Assembly (NCBI GenBank): GCA_963675665.1
Contig: OY776510.1
Coordinates: 3,200,001-3,264,000, forward strand
Direction of reading: 5' to 3'
DNA: 64,000 bases
DNA from: Spirochaetia bacterium
Lineage (GTDB): Bacteria > Spirochaetota > Spirochaetia > UBA9216
The notes below the pieces were generated by a model. It was not told the DNA's origin, made no database searches, and worked only from the letters and a program-made list of their open reading frames with translations. A program made the translations under genes and the position numbers. Each line of letters opens with the position of its first letter. Positions within the stretch are counted from its first letter, which is position 1. Below, piece after piece: positions 59,534-64,000 of this stretch.

Positions 59534-60328
59534 ATGAAGAAAACACCGATAATTGTAACAATAATCGCACTTTGCATTACAACAGGTGTCAGTGCGCAGA
59601 ATCCGAGTTATACAATACAGAAAGGCGATACGCTTTACAGCATCAGTAAAAAATACAATATCAAAATTGAAAGTTTAAAGAGTTTTAACAGTATAGACGA
59701 CCCGTCAAAACTGTATCCGGGAATGGAGATAAAAATACCAGGAGGATATACGGTACAGAAGGGCGATACTTTATACAGTATAGCAAAAGAATATAACACA
59801 ACGGTTGCCGAGTTACTTGATTTAAACAGTATGAATGAAGATTCGCTGCTTAAGCAGGGCCAGTTTCTGCATGTTCCGGCTGATGTTAAGGCGGTTACAG
59901 CGGAAGAAAACAATAATTCCGTTGAAACAGAGGAAAAAGCAGAAGTAATCATCAGCGAAACTGAAGTTGCAGAACCTGCAACCGATAGTATCTGGCCACA
60001 TGACGGAAACAGAACCGAAATGACCGGTAAACTCAGGGGTATTCAAATATCCGGAGCTCCAGGAGATGCTGTAGTTTCCGTAGCCGGAGGATTGGTTGTA
60101 TGGGCTTCCAGTTACGGAATCTATAAAAAACTGGTTCTTGTAGAAGGCAGTAACGGTCTTGTCTATGGATACGGAGGCAATGAGTTTGCCAAAGTAAAGG
60201 TCGGCGATTATATATCCGCCGGAAGTGTAATCGGAGTATTAGGGGGCCAGGCCGGTAATTCGAATGCATTCTTCTTTGTTTATAAAGACGGTAAGCCTCT
60301 GGATCCTTCAAAAGCCCCAAGAGTGTAA
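59534..60328 (+). CDS. 2xLysM plus degenerate M23 (LytM) domain exported protein
   Basis: Signal peptide, YTIQKGDTLYSI and YTVQKGDTLYSI, M23 fold (WP..G, VKVGD, GKPLDP) without Zn ligands. Confidence 0.85.
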   Translation: MKKTPIIVTIIALCITTGVSAQNPSYTIQKGDTLYSISKKYNIKIESLKSFNSIDDPSKLYPGMEIKIPGGYTVQKGDTLYSIAKEYNTTVAELLDLNSMNEDSLLKQGQFLHVPADVKAVTAEENNNSVETEEKAEVIISETEVAEPATDSIWPHDGNRTEMTGKLRGIQISGAPGDAVVSVAGGLVVWASSYGIYKKLVLVEGSNGLVYGYGGNEFAKVKVGDYISAGSVIGVLGGQAGNSNAFFFVYKDGKPLDPSKAPRV

Positions 60329-60348
60329 ATTAAGGATTATCAGGATAT

Positions 60349-60384
60349 AAAAAAGGGCTGAACATTACTGACAGCCCTTTTTTT
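60349..60384. terminator. Bidirectional intrinsic terminator
   Basis: A6-GGGCTG...CAGCCC-T7 between convergent genes. Confidence 0.85.
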
Positions 60385-60394
60385 GATATTTAAA

Positions 60395-61543
60395 CTAATT
60401 CAAAGAAAGAAGAACTCCCGCAGCTATCGCCGAGCCTATAACACCGGCAACATTCGGTCCCATGGCATTCATGAGAAGGAAATTGCCCGGGTCTTCCTGC
60501 TGGCCTACTTTTTGTACAACACGGGCAGCCATCGGAACAGCGGATACTCCCGCTGCTCCAATCATGGGATTAATCTTTCCGCCGCTTAGTTTGCACATAA
60601 GTTTGCCGAGCAAAACTCCGCCACCGGTACCTATGCCGAAAGCAATACAGCCGAGTACAATTATAAAAATTGTCTGAAAGTTCAGGAAGTGGTCTGCAGA
60701 CATCTTAGAGCCTACAGAAATACCCAGAAAAATGGTTACAATGTTTATAAGTTCATTTTGGGCAGTTTTTGACAGTCTTTCCGTTACTCCGCATTCCTTG
60801 AACAGGTTTCCAAGCATCAGCATGCCGATAAGAGGAGCTGAAGCAGGAATAAGAATTGCAGTTACGACAGTGGTAATTATCGGAAACAGTATTTTTGTCC
60901 GTTTGGATACAGGTTTGGGATCAGCCATCCTGATAAGACGTTCTTCCTTGGTCGTAAGTGCACGTATAATCGGCGGTTGAATGATAGGTACAAGCGCCAT
61001 ATAGGTATAAGCGGCAACAGCAATCGGTCCAAGCAGGTGTGAGGCCAGTTTGGAAGTCAGATAAATGGCCGTTGGACCGTCAGCGCCTCCGATAATCGCA
61101 ATAGAACATGCTTCGGCAAAATTAAAGCCGAGATCATGCGCGGCGAGGAAGGGGATTGTTCCAAGAGCTTTAGCCCCAAGAAGCGTGGCAAAAATACCCA
61201 GCTGTGCAGCTGCACCAAGCAGAAATGTCTGAGGTTTGCCCAAAAGAGGTCCAAAATCAGTCATAGCGCCGATACCCATGAAAATAATCGGCGGGAAAAT
61301 ACCTACCTTTACGCCATAATAGAAATAATAAAGCAAACCGCCATCATCAAGTATTCCGGTCATTGGAAGATTAACCAGAATAGCACCGAATCCGATTGGA
61401 ATCAGCAGAAGCGGTTCATACTGTTTAGCTATTGCAAGGTAGATAAGAAGACCGCCTATTGCCATCATCACGCAGTTTTGCCATGTGATAGCAGAGAAAG
61501 CTGTGCTTTCTAAAAAACTTCTGAATAAATCAATAAAACTCAC
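60395..61543 (-). CDS. mmdB: Na+-translocating decarboxylase beta subunit
   Basis: [43 protein letters not shown]. Confidence 0.93.
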   Translation of the reverse strand: MSFIDLFRSFLESTAFSAITWQNCVMMAIGGLLIYLAIAKQYEPLLLIPIGFGAILVNLPMTGILDDGGLLYYFYYGVKVGIFPPIIFMGIGAMTDFGPLLGKPQTFLLGAAAQLGIFATLLGAKALGTIPFLAAHDLGFNFAEACSIAIIGGADGPTAIYLTSKLASHLLGPIAVAAYTYMALVPIIQPPIIRALTTKEERLIRMADPKPVSKRTKILFPIITTVVTAILIPASAPLIGMLMLGNLFKECGVTERLSKTAQNELINIVTIFLGISVGSKMSADHFLNFQTIFIIVLGCIAFGIGTGGGVLLGKLMCKLSGGKINPMIGAAGVSAVPMAARVVQKVGQQEDPGNFLLMNAMGPNVAGVIGSAIAAGVLLSLN

Positions 61544-61555
61544 TAACAGCCTCCG

Positions 61556-62044
61556 TTAGCCAATGTCCATTAAGGGTTGACCTTCCGTTACGTTTGCACC
61601 GGGTGCTACATGTATGGCAGTTACAGTTCCTGTGTGGGTAGCGAAAACTTCGATATCCATTTTCATGGCTTCCATAATTATAAGAAGATCTCCGGATTTT
61701 ACAGTTGCTCCCTGAGAAACCTTTACTTCCTTGATAGTTCCTGTAATAGCGGCCTTTTCGGAAGCTCCGCCTGCTGCTGCCGGAGCGGCTGCTGCAGGTG
61801 CGGGTGCGGCAGCAGCTGCCTGAACCGGGGCTGCCGGAGCCGGTGCGGCCTGAACGGGTGCAGCCTGAACGGGTGCACCCGGTGCTGCGGGCGCTGCAGG
61901 AGCAACGGCCGGACCGCCGATAGGCTGTGCAAGGCTTACAAGATAACTATGGCCTTCATTCTCTATTGTCAGTACGTTTCCGTTACGTACTACATTAATG
62001 TCGTATAATTTACCTTCAAATTCAAATTTAATGTTCTTACTCAT
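61556..62044 (-). CDS. mmdC: Biotin carrier (gamma) subunit with Ala/Pro linker
   Basis: EAMKM biotinylation motif, APVQAA repeats. Confidence 0.9.
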   Translation of the reverse strand: MSKNIKFEFEGKLYDINVVRNGNVLTIENEGHSYLVSLAQPIGGPAVAPAAPAAPGAPVQAAPVQAAPAPAAPVQAAAAAPAPAAAAPAAAGGASEKAAITGTIKEVKVSQGATVKSGDLLIIMEAMKMDIEVFATHTGTVTAIHVAPGANVTEGQPLMDIG

Positions 62045-62049
62045 AAAAT

Positions 62050-62463
62050 TTATGCTCCTGGTGCTGTTTTTGTTACTTTATTGTTACTGACCCATGGGTC
62101 ATATTTTGCTGTTCCGCCGGTTGCCCAGTTAAGGGCTCTTGGCCGTACTGAATCATCTTCCAAAGCGGCTATATATGCTGATACTGCAGCAGGAAGCCAT
62201 CTCGAACAGTTTGAATCAGGAATAGATTCAGCGGCTGCAACTGCTACAAGAACCGGCAGAGGAATGCTGCCGGATGATGCAGTAGTTTCAGTTGCAGTTA
62301 CTGCAACAGTTGCTGCAGGTTTTTTACCTGTATCAATATCCGAGAATTTTCTGATGAGAATCATCAATCCGCTTAAAAGAACAAGTATCAGGAATACTAT
62401 TAATATTCCAAGACCGGATGTCATAAGACTATAACTGAAAAGTTCTTGCATAACTTGCTCCAA
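62050..62463 (-). CDS. mmdD: OadG/MmdD-family membrane anchor subunit
   Basis: GLGILIVFLILVLL TM segment, Ala/Thr linker, AAVSAY. Confidence 0.8.
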   Translation of the reverse strand: MEQVMQELFSYSLMTSGLGILIVFLILVLLSGLMILIRKFSDIDTGKKPAATVAVTATETTASSGSIPLPVLVAVAAAESIPDSNCSRWLPAAVSAYIAALEDDSVRPRALNWATGGTAKYDPWVSNNKVTKTAPGA

Positions 62464-62465
62464 TA

Positions 62466-64000
62466 TTAAAGTGGAATATTGCCGTGCTTTTTTGCAGGCC
62501 TTTCTTCACGTTTGCGGATATTTATTTCAAGAGCACGAATAAGTTCAATCCTTGTATACTCAGGATCAATAATATCGTCAACAAGTCCGAATCCGGCAGC
62601 AACGTAAGGATTCATAAACTGTTCCCGGAATTCTTCAATTTTTTCGGCTCGTTTTGCTTCAGGATCTGCAGCTTCATTTATATCTTTGCGTGAAATGATG
62701 TTTGCCGCGCCTTCTGCTCCCATTACTGCAATTTCTGCAGTAGGATAGGCAAGAACCCTGTCGTATCCGAGAGATTTGGATGACATTGCTATCATGGAAC
62801 CGCCGTATGATTTTCTTATTATAAGAGAAATCTTGGGTACTGTTGCCTCGGCAATTGCGTAAAGAATTTTTGCTCCGTGACGAATAATACCGCCGTGTTC
62901 CTGGGCAATGCCGGGAAGGTATCCCGGGACATCAACGAGCGAAATAACGGGAATGTTAAATGAATCACAGAAACGGATGAATCGTGCGCCTTTATCAGAA
63001 GAGTTGATATCAAGTGAAGCAGCCATATATTTGGGCTGATTGGCAAAAATACCTACGGTTCTGCCGTTGAGCTTCGCAAAACCTACAACTATGCTTTGAG
63101 CAAATTCTTTATGAACCTCAAGGAAAGAATTTGAGTCAAATACTTCATTAATTATGTCGCGAACATCATAAGGTTTTTTTGCTTCATCAGGAACAATGCT
63201 CATAACCCCGGGTGTTCTTCTTTCTACAGAATCTCCGGTATTGGTTACAGGGGCTTCTTCCATATTGTTTGACGGAAGATAATCCATAAGTCTTCTGATG
63301 AATGAAAAACATTCTTCTTCGTTGGCAAATCGGAAATGGGCTACACCGCTTTTTGCGCAATGTGCGCCGGCACCGCCGAGATCTTCATGGGAAATGATTT
63401 CGCCGGTTACAGCTTTTATCACATCCGGACCTGTAATATACATATGGCTGGTACCGTCTACCATAAAGACAAAATCTGTTATAGCCGGAGAATAAACAGC
63501 GCCGCCGGCACAAGGCCCTAGAATGACCGAGAATTGAGGAATAACGCCGGAAGAAAGGGTGTTATTACGGAATATTTTGGCATATCCGTTAAGAGAAAGT
63601 ATTCCTTCCTGTATTCTGGCTCCGCCTGAATCGTTAACCTGAATAAAAGGTGCGCCGTTTTTAAGGGCAAGGCTTTGTGCTTCTGCAATTTTTTCGGCGT
63701 GCATTTCGCCCAAAGAACCGCCTAATACGGTAAAATCCTGTGAGGAAATGAAAATCTGTTTGCCGTTTATTTTGCCGGTACCGGAAACAACACCGTCTCC
63801 GGGAATATGCTTGTCTGCCATTCCGAAATCAGTAGTTCTTCCCTTAATGTATGCCTGACTTTCTACAAATGATCCGTCGTCAAGCAATCCGGTTATACGC
63901 TCACGCGCAGTAAATTTGCCTTTATCGTGCTGTGCTTTGATACGGGTATCGCCCCCGCCTTTGAGCATCTTTGCACGTACTTCTTTAAATTCCTGTAACT
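62466..64000 (-). CDS. mmdA: Acyl-CoA carboxyltransferase alpha subunit (methylmalonyl-CoA decarboxylase-type); 5' end outside window
   Basis: QHDKGKFTARER, DSGGARIQEG, GPCAGGAVYSPA, DVPGYLPG, KKHGNIPL; frame open to the window edge. Confidence 0.88.
   Translation of the reverse strand, partial: LQEFKEVRAKMLKGGGDTRIKAQHDKGKFTARERITGLLDDGSFVESQAYIKGRTTDFGMADKHIPGDGVVSGTGKINGKQIFISSQDFTVLGGSLGEMHAEKIAEAQSLALKNGAPFIQVNDSGGARIQEGILSLNGYAKIFRNNTLSSGVIPQFSVILGPCAGGAVYSPAITDFVFMVDGTSHMYITGPDVIKAVTGEIISHEDLGGAGAHCAKSGVAHFRFANEEECFSFIRRLMDYLPSNNMEEAPVTNTGDSVERRTPGVMSIVPDEAKKPYDVRDIINEVFDSNSFLEVHKEFAQSIVVGFAKLNGRTVGIFANQPKYMAASLDINSSDKGARFIRFCDSFNIPVISLVDVPGYLPGIAQEHGGIIRHGAKILYAIAEATVPKISLIIRKSYGGSMIAMSSKSLGYDRVLAYPTAEIAVMGAEGAANIISRKDINEAADPEAKRAEKIEEFREQFMNPYVAAGFGLVDDIIDPEYTRIELIRALEINIRKREERPAKKHGNIPL

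Noticed and set aside
59610-59785. Internal duplication of about 30 nt
   Set aside because: Explained by the two LysM domains.
61780-61910. Short direct repeats (CTGAACGGGTGCA)
   Set aside because: They encode the normal Ala/Pro linker (APVQAA) of the biotin carrier.

Overview
Core chromosomal segment of a spirochaete, probably a free-living Spirochaetales member. The assignment rests on two conserved spirochaete gene orders (murG-cvpA-holB-hk2-rrp2; rplU-prp-rpmA-obgE-nadD...spoVG-tRNA-Gln-rplY-pth-tilS-ftsH) plus intact amino-acid biosynthesis genes. The window holds about 55 CDSs: comM, htrA, uvrB, coaX, a TPP-riboswitch-controlled thiamine ABC transporter, carAB, ilvBN-leuA-cimA, argS, lepA and an Na+-pumping acyl-CoA decarboxylase operon, along with 5 tRNAs. 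I saw no CRISPR array, integrase, transposase or prophage, and no multi-gene novel system that I can firmly support. The best leads are small: (1) an array of covarying 3-nt-loop hairpins between tRNA-Gln and tRNA-Glu, with a related hairpin between ilvB and ilvN; (2) an unannotated, apparently leaderless Ile/Leu-rich attenuator peptide upstream of ilvB; (3) a DapF-fold protein lacking its catalytic cysteines; (4) a ~55% Asp/Glu, aromatic-studded small protein; (5) a Prp protease whose L27 neighbour has no cleavable extension; (6) an inverted T-arm copy behind tRNA-Pro; (7) an exported caspase-family lipoprotein paired with a small beta-barrel-like protein; (8) an orphan PaaX module with a candidate operator. 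All calls come from reading the sequence by eye; no searches were run.
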